From contig OY762492.1 of NCBI GenBank assembly GCA_963665845.2, positions 2,496,001 to 2,560,000 on the forward strand: a DNA stretch of 64,000 nucleotides, in the 5' to 3' direction. Below, piece by piece: positions 19,806-29,104 of the stretch. The notes under the pieces were generated by a model. It was not told where the DNA came from. It made no database searches and saw only the letters and a list, made by a program, of their open reading frames with translations. The stretch comes from Candidatus Poribacteria bacterium. GTDB taxonomy: Bacteria; Poribacteria; WGA-4E; GCA-2687025. The position numbers were made by a program, and so were the translations under genes. Positions within the stretch are counted from its first letter, which is position 1, and each line of letters starts with the position of its first letter.

Positions 19806-19845
19806 TGAGGCGAAGGCTTTCCCGCCCTCATACGCATCGCCCGCT

Positions 19846-20382
19846 TTAAAAGACGATTGGCTCTTCGGCGTCGCCGCAGGCGTCCTCCGCGTCGCCTTTC
19901 TCTTGGCGGACAAGTCCTTTTAACGTTCTTAAAAGGTCCGCCTCGGCGCAATCGAAGTCTAGGCTGCTCGCTTTTTCTAGGCTCTCTATTGCGGCGTCCA
20001 TATCGCCCGCCAGCGCATACGCTTCGCCCAAGCGCAGATAGGTCTTGGCGTCGGGTCTCATCTCCGCCGATTTGACAAAGTCCGCAATTGCATTCTTGAT
20101 GTTGTCCGAGCCGCTCTCTATCTTGTTCAGCAAAGCAAAAGCGCGTCCGCGGCAAAAGTAGACCCATGCCAAGATGCCGTCCGCGTCGCTGCCTAAGTCG
20201 ATCTGAACCGACAGCTTAATCGCCGCGTTAAAATGCCCAACCGCTTTCATGAGAGCGCGCCGGACGCCGGGCTTGTTTGCGCTGTCCAGCTCCGCATCCG
20301 CTTGTTCAAGCGCGGCGTCCGCGCCTCTCAATTCTTTTTTGAACCCTGAGAAGTCGTAGCGGCCTTCAGGTTTATTTAGCAT
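19846..20382 (-). CDS. TPR-repeat protein
   Basis: AWVYFCRGRAF..AIADF and TYLRLGEAYALAGDMDAAIESLEKA TPR patterns; GGAGG RBS. Confidence 0.75.
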   Translation of the reverse strand: MLNKPEGRYDFSGFKKELRGADAALEQADAELDSANKPGVRRALMKAVGHFNAAIKLSVQIDLGSDADGILAWVYFCRGRAFALLNKIESGSDNIKNAIADFVKSAEMRPDAKTYLRLGEAYALAGDMDAAIESLEKASSLDFDCAEADLLRTLKGLVRQEKGDAEDACGDAEEPIVF

Positions 20383-20630
20383 GGTCGCCTCCTGTTATGC
20401 GTTGATAAAGTTTATACCGAGCCGCGGGGCGTTGTCAAGCGCCGTTTGCTGACCTTACGTCTTAAGTTGGGACATGTCGGCATGCAACGCGGACGTCTTC
20501 TGCGGCGCCTCTAGATTCCCGCTTGCGCGGGAATGACAGCGCGGTTGGCGCAACCGTTGACATGCGGCGCAAAAAGCGGCATGATACGCCCATCAACCAA
20601 AACGACCCAACACCATTGAGACAGGCGCGC

Positions 20631-21947
20631 ATGTCCATCTCCATCGTTGATTTAACCGCCCGCGACATCCGTTTCCCAACCTCGCTGAACCTCGCCGGTT
20701 CCGACGCCATGAACCCCGACCCGGACTACTCCGCCGCCTATGCCGTTCTTAAAACAGACGGCGCGGACGGGTTAGAAGGGCATGGCTTGACCTTCACCAT
20801 CGGGCGCGGCAACGACCTGTGCGCCGAAGCGATCCGACTTTTTAAACCGCTGCTGGTCGGGCTGGAGCTGGACGAGATCGCCGGCAACATGGCGGGTTTC
20901 TGGCGGCATATCACCGGCGACAGCCAGATGCGCTGGCTCGGACCGGACAAGGGGGTTGTTCACCTCGCAACAGGCGCCGTTGTGAACGCCGTATGGGACC
21001 TGCTCGCCAAACGGGAAGGCAAACCGCTCTGGAAACTGCTGGTCGACATGACGCCCGAAGAGTTGGTCGACTGCATCGATTTTCGTTATATCGATGACGC
21101 GCTCACGCCTGAAGAGGCGCTGGACATCTTGAGCGAGTCGGAGCCGTATAAAGCGGCGCGCGAAGCCGAAATGCGCGCGGACGGCTACCCCGCCTACAAC
21201 ACCTCCGCCGGCTGGCTCGGTTACTCTGAAGAAAAGCTGCGCGAAGGCTGCCGTCAGGCGGTCGCGGAGGGATGGGACCGCCTGAAGATGAAGGTCGGGC
21301 GCGACCTAGAGGAAGACATGCATCGGGCGCAAATCATCCGCGAGGAGATCGGATGGAGCCGACAACTCATGATGGACGCAAATCAGGTCTGGGGCGTCCA
21401 TGAGGCGATTGAAAACATGCGGCAGCTCGCCCATTTCAAGCCGACATGGATCGAAGAGCCGACCAGCCCGGACGATGTCCTAGGGCATTCCGTTATCCGC
21501 CGGGCGCTGTCCCCGATCGGCGTCGCGACGGGCGAAATGTGCCAGAACCGAATCCTGTTTAAGCAGCTGTTTCTGATGGAGGCGATCGATGTTTGCCAGC
21601 TGGACGCGGCGCGCATCGGCGGCGTGAACGAGGCGCTGTCGATCCTCTTAATGGCGGCGAAGTTCGGCGTTCCGGTCTGTCCGCATGCGGGCGGCGTCGG
21701 CTTGTGCGAGTATGTGCAGCATCTCGGCATGTTCGATTTCATCGCCGTTTCAGGCTCCCTGCGCAACCGCGTCATCGAGTATGTCGAGCATCTGCATGAG
21801 CATTTTAAATACCCCGTTCAACTCAAAAACGGGCGGTATATGCCGCCGAACGACCCTGGATACAGCATCGAAATGAAAGCGGAATCGTTGGACGCGCATG
21901 AGTATCCCGACGGAAAGGTCTGGCGGGAGCTGTTGAAAACACCTTAG
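20631..21947 (+). CDS. fucD: L-fuconate dehydratase (enolase superfamily, ENOSF1-like)
   Basis: DIRFPTS..GSDAMNPDPDYSAAY, TSAGWLGY, KMKVG, MMDANQ, WIEEPTSPDD, CPHAGGVGLCEYVQH. Confidence 0.9.
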   Translation: MSISIVDLTARDIRFPTSLNLAGSDAMNPDPDYSAAYAVLKTDGADGLEGHGLTFTIGRGNDLCAEAIRLFKPLLVGLELDEIAGNMAGFWRHITGDSQMRWLGPDKGVVHLATGAVVNAVWDLLAKREGKPLWKLLVDMTPEELVDCIDFRYIDDALTPEEALDILSESEPYKAAREAEMRADGYPAYNTSAGWLGYSEEKLREGCRQAVAEGWDRLKMKVGRDLEEDMHRAQIIREEIGWSRQLMMDANQVWGVHEAIENMRQLAHFKPTWIEEPTSPDDVLGHSVIRRALSPIGVATGEMCQNRILFKQLFLMEAIDVCQLDAARIGGVNEALSILLMAAKFGVPVCPHAGGVGLCEYVQHLGMFDFIAVSGSLRNRVIEYVEHLHEHFKYPVQLKNGRYMPPNDPGYSIEMKAESLDAHEYPDGKVWRELLKTP

Positions 21948-21956
21948 GAGAAACGA

Positions 21957-23012
21957 ATGGAACCTGTGAGAGTAGGCGTGATCGGCTGCGGCGTCATCGG
22001 GACGAACCATATGGGCATCGCAAACTCATCGCCGGGGCTGGAACTGGCGGCGGCGGCGGATCTGGTCGAGTCGTACCGAACGCGCGCCCAAGAGCGTTTC
22101 AAACCGGCGGCGATGTACGAAAGCGGCGAGGAGCTGTTGGACGACCCGAATGTGGAGCTGGTTGTGCTGGCGTTTCCGACCTGTTTTCGGTATGAGATGG
22201 GCATGAAGGCGCTGGCTGCCGGCAAGCATCTGCTGACCGAGAAGCCGGTCGCCATGAACGCGGACGAAGTGCGTTCGTTGATTGCGGCGCGCGGCGATCT
22301 GAAAGCGGCATGCTGCTCCTCCCGCTACCGGTTCACAGACGGCGCCCGCAAGGCGACCGAGATCGTGCGTTCCGGCGCGCTGGGCGAGCTGCGCATCCTG
22401 CGCCACCGCAACATCAACCCCGCCGGCAACAAGCCAGGCTCGCCGCGCCCTGAATGGCGGCTCAAAAAACATCTGAACGGCGGCGGATACCTTGTCAACT
22501 GGGGTTGCTACGATCTGGACTACCTGCTCGGCTTGACCGAATGGACGCTGAAGCCGACCTCCGTTTTCGCGCAGGTCTGGACGATCCCGTCCATCTTTGT
22601 TGAGCATGCGGCGCCGAATTCAGACGCGGAGACGCATTACACGGCGCTGATACGGTGCGAAGGCGGAACGATCTTGAGCCTAGAGCGGAGCGAATATACG
22701 GCGGCGTCGCGCGAGGAGGCGTGGGCGGTCATCGGGTCGGAAGGGTCGCTGCGGCTGCATATGCTGGCGTCGCGCCCAAACCGCATCGTTCATGACAAGG
22801 GGAATTCGGAGACGGGCGTTTCATCCGAGACGGTCTGGGAGCAGAACGAATCGTCAGGCGGACACCACCGCGGCCCGCTGAACGACATCGCCGCCGCCGT
22901 CCGCGAGGACAGGGAGCCGATGACATCGCTGGAACGCGCGCTGGTCATGCAGCAGATCACCGACGCGATCTACGAGTCGGCGGAGACGGGGCAGTCCGTT
23001 TCCATCGAGTGA
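21957..23012 (+). CDS. Gfo/Idh/MocA family oxidoreductase
   Basis: GVIGCGVIG, GKHLLTEKP, GGG..NWGCYDLD. Confidence 0.92.
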   Translation: MEPVRVGVIGCGVIGTNHMGIANSSPGLELAAAADLVESYRTRAQERFKPAAMYESGEELLDDPNVELVVLAFPTCFRYEMGMKALAAGKHLLTEKPVAMNADEVRSLIAARGDLKAACCSSRYRFTDGARKATEIVRSGALGELRILRHRNINPAGNKPGSPRPEWRLKKHLNGGGYLVNWGCYDLDYLLGLTEWTLKPTSVFAQVWTIPSIFVEHAAPNSDAETHYTALIRCEGGTILSLERSEYTAASREEAWAVIGSEGSLRLHMLASRPNRIVHDKGNSETGVSSETVWEQNESSGGHHRGPLNDIAAAVREDREPMTSLERALVMQQITDAIYESAETGQSVSIE

Positions 23013-23026
23013 AGAGAACGAGGCAT

Positions 23027-23050
23027 GGGGGGATGCGGCGGCATCCCCCC
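23027..23050 (+). terminator. GC-rich hairpin after the oxidoreductase
   Basis: GGGGGGATGC-GGCG-GCATCCCCCC; no clear U tract. Confidence 0.4.
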
Positions 23051-23181
23051 TGACCGCCATTCCCGTCCATTCTCTCTTTAGTGGGAGTTGACGCGTAGGA
23101 CGCGCGGCGGATCCTGTTCTTCAGGGGCGTCAAGTTCAGGCTGGAAGAGGAATGGACGTAACATTCATTGGAGGCGAGAGC

Positions 23182-23901
23182 ATGAACACAACTGCGGCTA
23201 AGACTCAAGAAACGCCGAAGCGAGATACCTACCAATCGTCAAGCGAAACGCGCGCCTATGCCATCCATCTTTACAAGCAGGGGCTGTCGTTGAAAGAAGT
23301 CGGCGCCGCTGTCGGCTTCTCACGCGAGGCGGTGCGCAAATGGATCCCTGCGAACCTGAAACGCAAGAAAATCATCAAACCCCTCGGCGCCCGCATCCTG
23401 ACAATAGAAACCGCCCGTGAAATTGCGGAGCTGTTACGGCAAGGCATGCCCTTCGTAAAAATCGCCGAGAAAGTCGGGGTGAGAACTGCAAACCTATACA
23501 CATGGGCTGTCAAAGGCGGCGATCCGCGCGCCGAAGAAAAGCTGCGCATCATTCACGATGCCTACCCCTTTACGCCCCGCGGCGCCGACGAAAAGACGCG
23601 GCAACGCGCCATCGCCATGCGCAAGAGCGGCATGACCTATTGGAACATCGCCAAAGAGATCGGATACTGCGAGTACACCATACGCCGGTGGATGCCTAAA
23701 GGCATCACGTTTTCAGAAGACGCCCCGCCCCATAAAATGCGCCAGCGCCGCAGCGTTCCAAGGGAACGCGCGCGCGCCGTAAAAATGGTCAAAAACGGGG
23801 CGACGTTGAGACAAGCGTCCCTTGAAACTGGATTTACGAAAGGCACTGTCCTTAAATGGGTTCAAGAAGCGGACGAACTCAAAAGAACGGACGCGCCGTA
23901 A
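23182..23901 (+). CDS. Protein composed of four tandem HTH-like units
   Basis: Recurring A..L...G.[ST]...[IV]A..[VI]G......V..W pattern; GGAGG RBS. Confidence 0.7.
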   Translation: MNTTAAKTQETPKRDTYQSSSETRAYAIHLYKQGLSLKEVGAAVGFSREAVRKWIPANLKRKKIIKPLGARILTIETAREIAELLRQGMPFVKIAEKVGVRTANLYTWAVKGGDPRAEEKLRIIHDAYPFTPRGADEKTRQRAIAMRKSGMTYWNIAKEIGYCEYTIRRWMPKGITFSEDAPPHKMRQRRSVPRERARAVKMVKNGATLRQASLETGFTKGTVLKWVQEADELKRTDAP

Positions 23902-23907
23902 CAACAA

Positions 23908-24137
23908 AGCAAGGGCGGGTCGGATCATCTCGACAACCTGCAGCTGTTGTGCGGCGCATGCAACTCGACGAAAGGAAACCGCGATCAGGCGTTCCTGGTC
24001 GCGGAGCTTCGGCGCAACGGCATTCTTTGACCTTCCGCCTTAAGAGTGAACAGGCGTTCATTCTGCCCGCCATCATCCGCGCTTCTCACCGCGTCATTCC
24101 CGCGCTCCTCTCCGTCATTCCCGCGCAGGCGGGAATC
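23908..24137 (+). pseudogene. 3' fragment of an MTase-HNH gene (inverted repeat copy 2)
   Basis: Encodes SKGGSDHLDNLQLLCGACNSTKGNRDQAFLVAELRRNGIL*, the same as the end of 18274-19539. Confidence 0.9.
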
Positions 24138-24195
24138 TTAAGGCTTCACAGCCGACGCGCCCGTCCTTTAAAACCCTCCCTAACCCCCCTTTCAA

Positions 24196-24775
24196 GGGGA
24201 ACTACACGTTTGACTATGTAAGCGGATTGCGCTACTCTAAAGGAAGATTGAGAAAGGAAATTCCAATGCGGTCTACCAGTATCTACGAGATCTTTGAAAA
24301 ATATCCCGATGAAAAAAGCGCCGCCCGATTCTTTGAAGAAAGCCGATGGCCGAACCACATCTGCTGCCCCCGATGCGATTCCAAAAACATCGCCCGAGTG
24401 AAAAACGCCAAACCGATGCCGCTCAGATGCCGAACATGCCGCAAGTATTTCAGCGTCCGCACGGGAACCGTCATGGAGAAAAGCAAAATCCCCCTGCATC
24501 TATGGCTTCTGGCGCTCTACTTGCTCCTGACGTTTAAGAAGGGCGTATCGAGCGTTACGATGGGAAAGCTACTGGGCATAAGGCAAGACTCCGCATGGTC
24601 CCTAGGCCGCCGCATCCGAGCCTCGATGGTAAACGACGACGAAATGCTGAGCGGAACCGTGGAGATAGACGAGGCCTACATCGGCGGCAAAGAGAGTAAT
24701 AAGCATCGCAGGAAAAAGCTGGGCGTCGGAAGCGGAACCCGCGGCAAGCAGACCGTGATCGGCATGCGTCAAAAC
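24196..24775 (+). mobile_element. Truncated IS1595-family element (transposase from 24266)
   Basis: RWP...CPRC...RCRTCRKYFSVRTGT zinc ribbon, SKIPL..W, KGVSS, LSGTVEIDEAYIGG; breaks off into a hairpin repeat before the remaining catalytic residues. Confidence 0.9.
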
Positions 24776-24815
24776 TCCCCCTTGAAAAGGGGGCTGGGGG
24801 GGTTTTAGCCTCGCG

Positions 24816-25415
24816 CTATGAGCCGTCCATCTCCGCGGCGAGGCGTTGGGCGAGGGCGTGGTCTTCAGGCGCGTTCATGTTGAAGAGGCGGCGCGCGTCT
24901 TCGCCTTTCAATAAAACGCGGTTGAGGCGAAGGCGGCGGGCGGCGTTGCGCGCGGCGAGATCCCCCTCCCGCATCATCGCGCGGAAGACATGCTCCGCCG
25001 ATTTTCGATACGCGGCGCACAACGGCTCTATCCCGCGGTCAGTTTCGGCGGCGGCGGCGTCCGCGTCTTCGAGGCGCGACGCGATCCGCTTCAACAGCTC
25101 CCCCGTTAAAAAAGGCATGTCGCAGCCGACCGTCAAGGCGGCGTCCCCGCGCATGGCGGAAAGCCCCGCCGCAATGCCCCCGACGACGCCAAAACCAGGG
25201 GGATCGTCCGGCGCGACTCGAACGCCGTAGACCTCAAACCGCTCCGGACTCCCCCCGACAATCAGCGTCTCGAACGCGCCCGCTTCGTTCAGCGCGTTCA
25301 GGATGCGCTCCATAACCGGAACGCCGCCGACCGCCAGCTCCGTTTTATCGCGCCGCATGCGCCGGCTTTTCCCGCCGGCGAGAACGATTCCGCTCAAACC
25401 TCCTAAACGGCGCAC
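24816..25415 (-). CDS. mobA: Molybdenum cofactor guanylyltransferase
   Basis: LAGGKSRRM..DK, GCDMPF, EPLCAAY, FNMNAPED. Confidence 0.88.
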   Translation of the reverse strand: MRRLGGLSGIVLAGGKSRRMRRDKTELAVGGVPVMERILNALNEAGAFETLIVGGSPERFEVYGVRVAPDDPPGFGVVGGIAAGLSAMRGDAALTVGCDMPFLTGELLKRIASRLEDADAAAAETDRGIEPLCAAYRKSAEHVFRAMMREGDLAARNAARRLRLNRVLLKGEDARRLFNMNAPEDHALAQRLAAEMDGS

Positions 25416-26164
25416 AGATCATGAGCCGCCTGAAGCGCGGAGAACAGATCGCCCTTCGGAATGAACTCATGACCCACATAGCCGTCGTAATCGGTCTCGG
25501 CGACAGCGCGCATGATCGGCGGATAATAGATCTCCTGCGTCTCATCCATATCGTTCCGCCCAGGGTTGCCCGCCGTATGAAAATGCCCGATGTAGTCGAT
25601 GCTGTCCCGTATCGTTCTGATCAGGTCGCCCTCCATGATCTGCATGTGGTAGATGTCGTACAGCAGCTTCACATTCGGCGAGTCGACCTTCTTGCACAGC
25701 TCCACGCCCCACGCGGTATGGTCGCATTGGTAGTCGGGGTGATCCACCTTGCTGTTGAGCAGTTCGACGCAGACAACGATGTTTTTCTCTTCCGCCAGTT
25801 TTTTGACGCGGTTCAGCCCCTCGGCGCAGATGTCGATGCCTTCGTCGTCCGGCAGTCCGTTTCGGTTGCCGCTGAAGGCGATGAGCGACGGGATACGGTT
25901 CTGCGCCGCGATTTCGATGTTTTTGGAGAGTTCGTCTTCGATGCGGTCATGGTTCTCCAGCTTGTTGAGTCCGTTTGTGAGCGTTCCATGTCCGCCGACG
26001 ATGGCGATCTCCATGCCGGCGTCGTGTATGAGGGGCCAGACATCCGGCCCGCTCATTTCAACGGAGCTGTACCCCATCGCCGCCGCTCTTTTGATCAGGT
26101 CGGCATGGTCGATTCCGCCGCGCGCGGCGCACCACCAGACGACCGACTGCTTGATTGCAGGCAT
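25403..26164 (-). CDS. Hydroxypyruvate isomerase-like TIM-barrel protein (paralog 2)
   Basis: ELLNSKVDHPDYQCD, LLYDIYHMQIMEGD, GHFHTAGNPGR, GHEF. Confidence 0.9.
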   Translation of the reverse strand: MPAIKQSVVWWCAARGGIDHADLIKRAAAMGYSSVEMSGPDVWPLIHDAGMEIAIVGGHGTLTNGLNKLENHDRIEDELSKNIEIAAQNRIPSLIAFSGNRNGLPDDEGIDICAEGLNRVKKLAEEKNIVVCVELLNSKVDHPDYQCDHTAWGVELCKKVDSPNVKLLYDIYHMQIMEGDLIRTIRDSIDYIGHFHTAGNPGRNDMDETQEIYYPPIMRAVAETDYDGYVGHEFIPKGDLFSALQAAHDLCAV

Positions 26165-26190
26165 TGTTCGCGCTCCTCTTTCTATGCGCG

Positions 26191-26952
26191 TCAGACGTTG
26201 CAGGTGTCGTAGGCGGCTTTCATGGCGGCGAGCGGCTCGCCCTTCGGACCGAACTCATGACCGACGAAGCCGTCGTAGTCGGTGTCGGCGATGGCGCGCA
26301 TGACAGCGGGGTAGTAGATCTCCTGCGTCTCGTCCATGTCGTTTCGCCCAGGGTTGCCCGCCGTGTGGAAATGCCCGATGTAGTCGATGCTGTCCCGTAT
26401 CGTTCTGATCAGGTCGCCCTCCATGATCTGCATGTGGTAGATGTCGTACAGCAGTTTCACATTCGGCGAGTCGACCTTCTTGCACAGCTCCACGCCCCAA
26501 GGGGTTCGGTCGCACTGGTAGTCGGGATGGTTCACCTTGCTGTTGAGCAGTTCGATGTTGATCGTGACGCCTTTTTCTTCGGCGAAGCCTTTGACCCTGT
26601 CCAGCCCCTCGGCGCAGATGTCGATGCCTTCGTCGTCCGGCAGTCCGTTTCGGTTGCCGCTGAACCCGATGAGGCCTGGGATGCCGTATTCGGCGGCGGT
26701 TTCGATGTTCCGTTTCAGCTCGTCTTCGATGCGGTCATGGTTGTCGCGCCTGTTGAGTCCGTTCGGAAGCGAACCGTGTCCGACGACGCATGCGATCGAG
26801 AGTCCGGCGTCAATGACCTTGTTCCAGTGGTCGCGCGGCAGCATTTCAACCGACTTGTAACCGATCTCGGCGGCCGATTCGATCACCTGTTCAGCCGAGA
26901 CGCCTTGTCGGGCAAAGCAGCCGAAACAGGCGGACTGTTTGATGGCGGGCAT
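26191..26952 (-). CDS. Hydroxypyruvate isomerase-like TIM-barrel protein (paralog 1)
   Basis: Same motifs and same length (253 aa) as paralog 2. Confidence 0.9.
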   Translation of the reverse strand: MPAIKQSACFGCFARQGVSAEQVIESAAEIGYKSVEMLPRDHWNKVIDAGLSIACVVGHGSLPNGLNRRDNHDRIEDELKRNIETAAEYGIPGLIGFSGNRNGLPDDEGIDICAEGLDRVKGFAEEKGVTINIELLNSKVNHPDYQCDRTPWGVELCKKVDSPNVKLLYDIYHMQIMEGDLIRTIRDSIDYIGHFHTAGNPGRNDMDETQEIYYPAVMRAIADTDYDGFVGHEFGPKGEPLAAMKAAYDTCNV

Positions 26953-27034
26953 GATGTTGTCTCCGTGAATGTATCCAGCGAATGTGTTTAACCGAAGCGA
27001 CTTTACCAGAGCGGAGCCGCCATGTCAAGAGGCG

Positions 27035-27292
27035 CGCCGCAACGGGCGGTAAAACGCGCAGGAATCTTAAGGCATCGCCGCCGCCCCGCGCGGCTAAAAC
27101 CCCCCCAGCCCCCCTTTTCAAGGGGGGAGTTCAGAAATCCCACGCCCTACCGCTGTCATTCCCGCGTAAGCGGGAATCTTAAGGCATCGCCGCCTCCGCG
27201 CGCGGCTAAAACCCCCCAGCCCCCCTTTTCAAGGGGGGAGTCCAGAAACCCCGCGCCCTAACGCTGTCATTCCCGCGCAAGCGGGAATCTTA
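27035..27292. repeat. Mosaic repeat cluster with tandem ~115-bp units
   Basis: Repeated GGAATCTTAAGGCATCGCCGCC..CCCCCTTTTCAAGGGGGGAG..GTCATTCCCGCG. Confidence 0.85.
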
Positions 27293-27347
27293 ACCTTTGG
27301 ATCCTCGTCGGCAAAATCGCATGCGTTCTGTTGACGGCAGATGGACG

Positions 27348-27369
27348 AAACGTACCATATGGTACGTTT
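27348..27369. promoter_or_regulatory. Perfect 22-bp palindrome, possible operator
   Basis: AAACGTACCATATGGTACGTTT is its own reverse complement. Confidence 0.4.
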
Positions 27370-27616
27370 TGGGCGCGCGGGTCTGTTTTAGCCGCTCCTC
27401 TGCGTTTGACGCGCCGGGCTAGCGCTGGAGCGGACTGACGCGGATTCGCAGGCCGGTTACATACGATTCTTGTTGCGGATGCGTCTTGGAACGATTATTG
27501 CTAATATACTGAAGGTCGAAGCCTGGACTCTGCAACGCTCGCGGATCCAATCGATCTGGTGAGAAGCAGCAAGCATTTCAAACCACAAAAAATCAAGCAA
27601 AAGTAAAGGAGCGGTC

Positions 27617-28531
27617 ATGAAACACCGCAGGTTCCTCATCGGCAAAATCGCATGCGTTCTGTTGGCGGTCGGCTGGCTGCTGCCGCTCAACGGATGCAAC
27701 AGGTGGGCGGACGATACTGAAGATGAAATCGAACGGCGCGACTTGACGGATCGGCATGCCAACGGGCTGAGACCCGAAGATCAAACGCCCCGCTACCGCC
27801 CTGCGCCGGACGCTTCGGAATCGTTGATTGAAGGCGGCGCGCCCGCTCTACAGCAGAAAGAAAATAACGCCTTTCAACCCACCTACGACTTCAAGACATG
27901 GGAAGATGCCATGGACGCCTACGCGTATCTGGTCGGTCTTGAATACGAGCAGGTCAAGAAGGAGGGTCTGAAAACGAAATGGAATCGACCGCCCAGTCCA
28001 AAAATCGTCCGCGCTTTCATGGCGCATGAAGCTGCAGGAAGGGTGTTTAAACAGACTTACGAGGAAAATAAGAACCCTGAGTTAAGCGCCGCTATGGATC
28101 CATTTCTCGAAGATATCCCGGAGTCCGCATGGCGGGGGGAAAATCTTTTGGCGCGCATCGGCAAGCTGCCCGCCTCCGATCTGCGCAACGAGATCAAGCT
28201 TCCGAACGGCAAGATGTACGATCTGAAGGAGAATACGGAGCTGGTCGTGAAGTTCCAAAGGCCGGGTCAGCTCAGCGAATCGGGCAAGAGGAAGCTGGCG
28301 GCGTTTCGAGAGCGGGAGAAGGAGCTGCTGCGCCAGCTGGACGGTTCCCCGTCCGAAAGCGAGAAGGCGTCCCTGACCGAGGAGCTGGAATGGGCGCGCT
28401 CGGAAATTGAAACCCTAAGCGGCAAAGGTCCGCTGTTCGATTTCGTTCGGCGGTACGGGTTGGGCGATCCAAGCGATCCTGGCTATAAGGTGATCGAGAT
28501 GGATCTGGGCGTCATTGAGCGGCGCGATTGA
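27617..28531 (+). CDS. Hypothetical exported protein or lipoprotein
   Basis: AAGGAG RBS; basic N-terminus, hydrophobic stretch and LNGC lipobox-like site. Confidence 0.7.
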   Translation: MKHRRFLIGKIACVLLAVGWLLPLNGCNRWADDTEDEIERRDLTDRHANGLRPEDQTPRYRPAPDASESLIEGGAPALQQKENNAFQPTYDFKTWEDAMDAYAYLVGLEYEQVKKEGLKTKWNRPPSPKIVRAFMAHEAAGRVFKQTYEENKNPELSAAMDPFLEDIPESAWRGENLLARIGKLPASDLRNEIKLPNGKMYDLKENTELVVKFQRPGQLSESGKRKLAAFREREKELLRQLDGSPSESEKASLTEELEWARSEIETLSGKGPLFDFVRRYGLGDPSDPGYKVIEMDLGVIERRD

Positions 28532-28594
28532 GGCTCCGCCTGTCGGCAATGCCTACATGCGGCGACCTTCGTTTTTACGCGGCGGCCGATCCAT

Positions 28595-29085
28595 GCCTTA
28601 AGATTCTTACGTAAGCGGGAATCTTAAGGCATCGCCGCCGCCGCTAAAAACCCCCCTAGCCCCCCTTTTCAAGGGGGAATCGGATGCGCCTTTTCAAGGG
28701 AGAGTCCAGAAACCCCGCGCCCTACCGCTGTCATTCCCGCGTAAGCGGGAATCTTAAGGCATCGCCGCCTCCGCGCGCGGCTAAAACCCCCCAGCCCCCC
28801 TTTTCAAGGGGGGAGTCCAGAAAACCCCCGCTCCCTCATAGCCTGCCCCCGTGAAAACGGGGGTCATTCCCGCGTAAGCGGGAATCTTAAGGCATCGCCG
28901 CCGCCCGCGCGGCTAAAACCCCCCCAGCCCCCCTTTTCAAGGGGGGAGTCCAGAAAACCCCCGCTCCCTCATAGCCTGCCCCCGTGAAAACGGGGGTCAT
29001 TCCCGCGTAAGCGGGAATCTAGAGGCGCCGCCGAAACCGTCCGCGTTCCCATGCCGACATGTCCCAACTATAGACGTAAGGTCAG
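28595..29085. repeat. Mosaic repeat cluster with tandem ~130-bp units ending in a MITE-A end
   Basis: Repeated CCCCCTTTTCAAGGGGGG, CATAGCCTGCCCCCGTGAAAACGGGGG and GTCATTCCCGCGTAAGCGGGAATC; ends GACGTAAGGTCAG. Confidence 0.88.
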
Positions 29086-29104
29086 AGAAATCGCCTCCCG
29101 TGTT

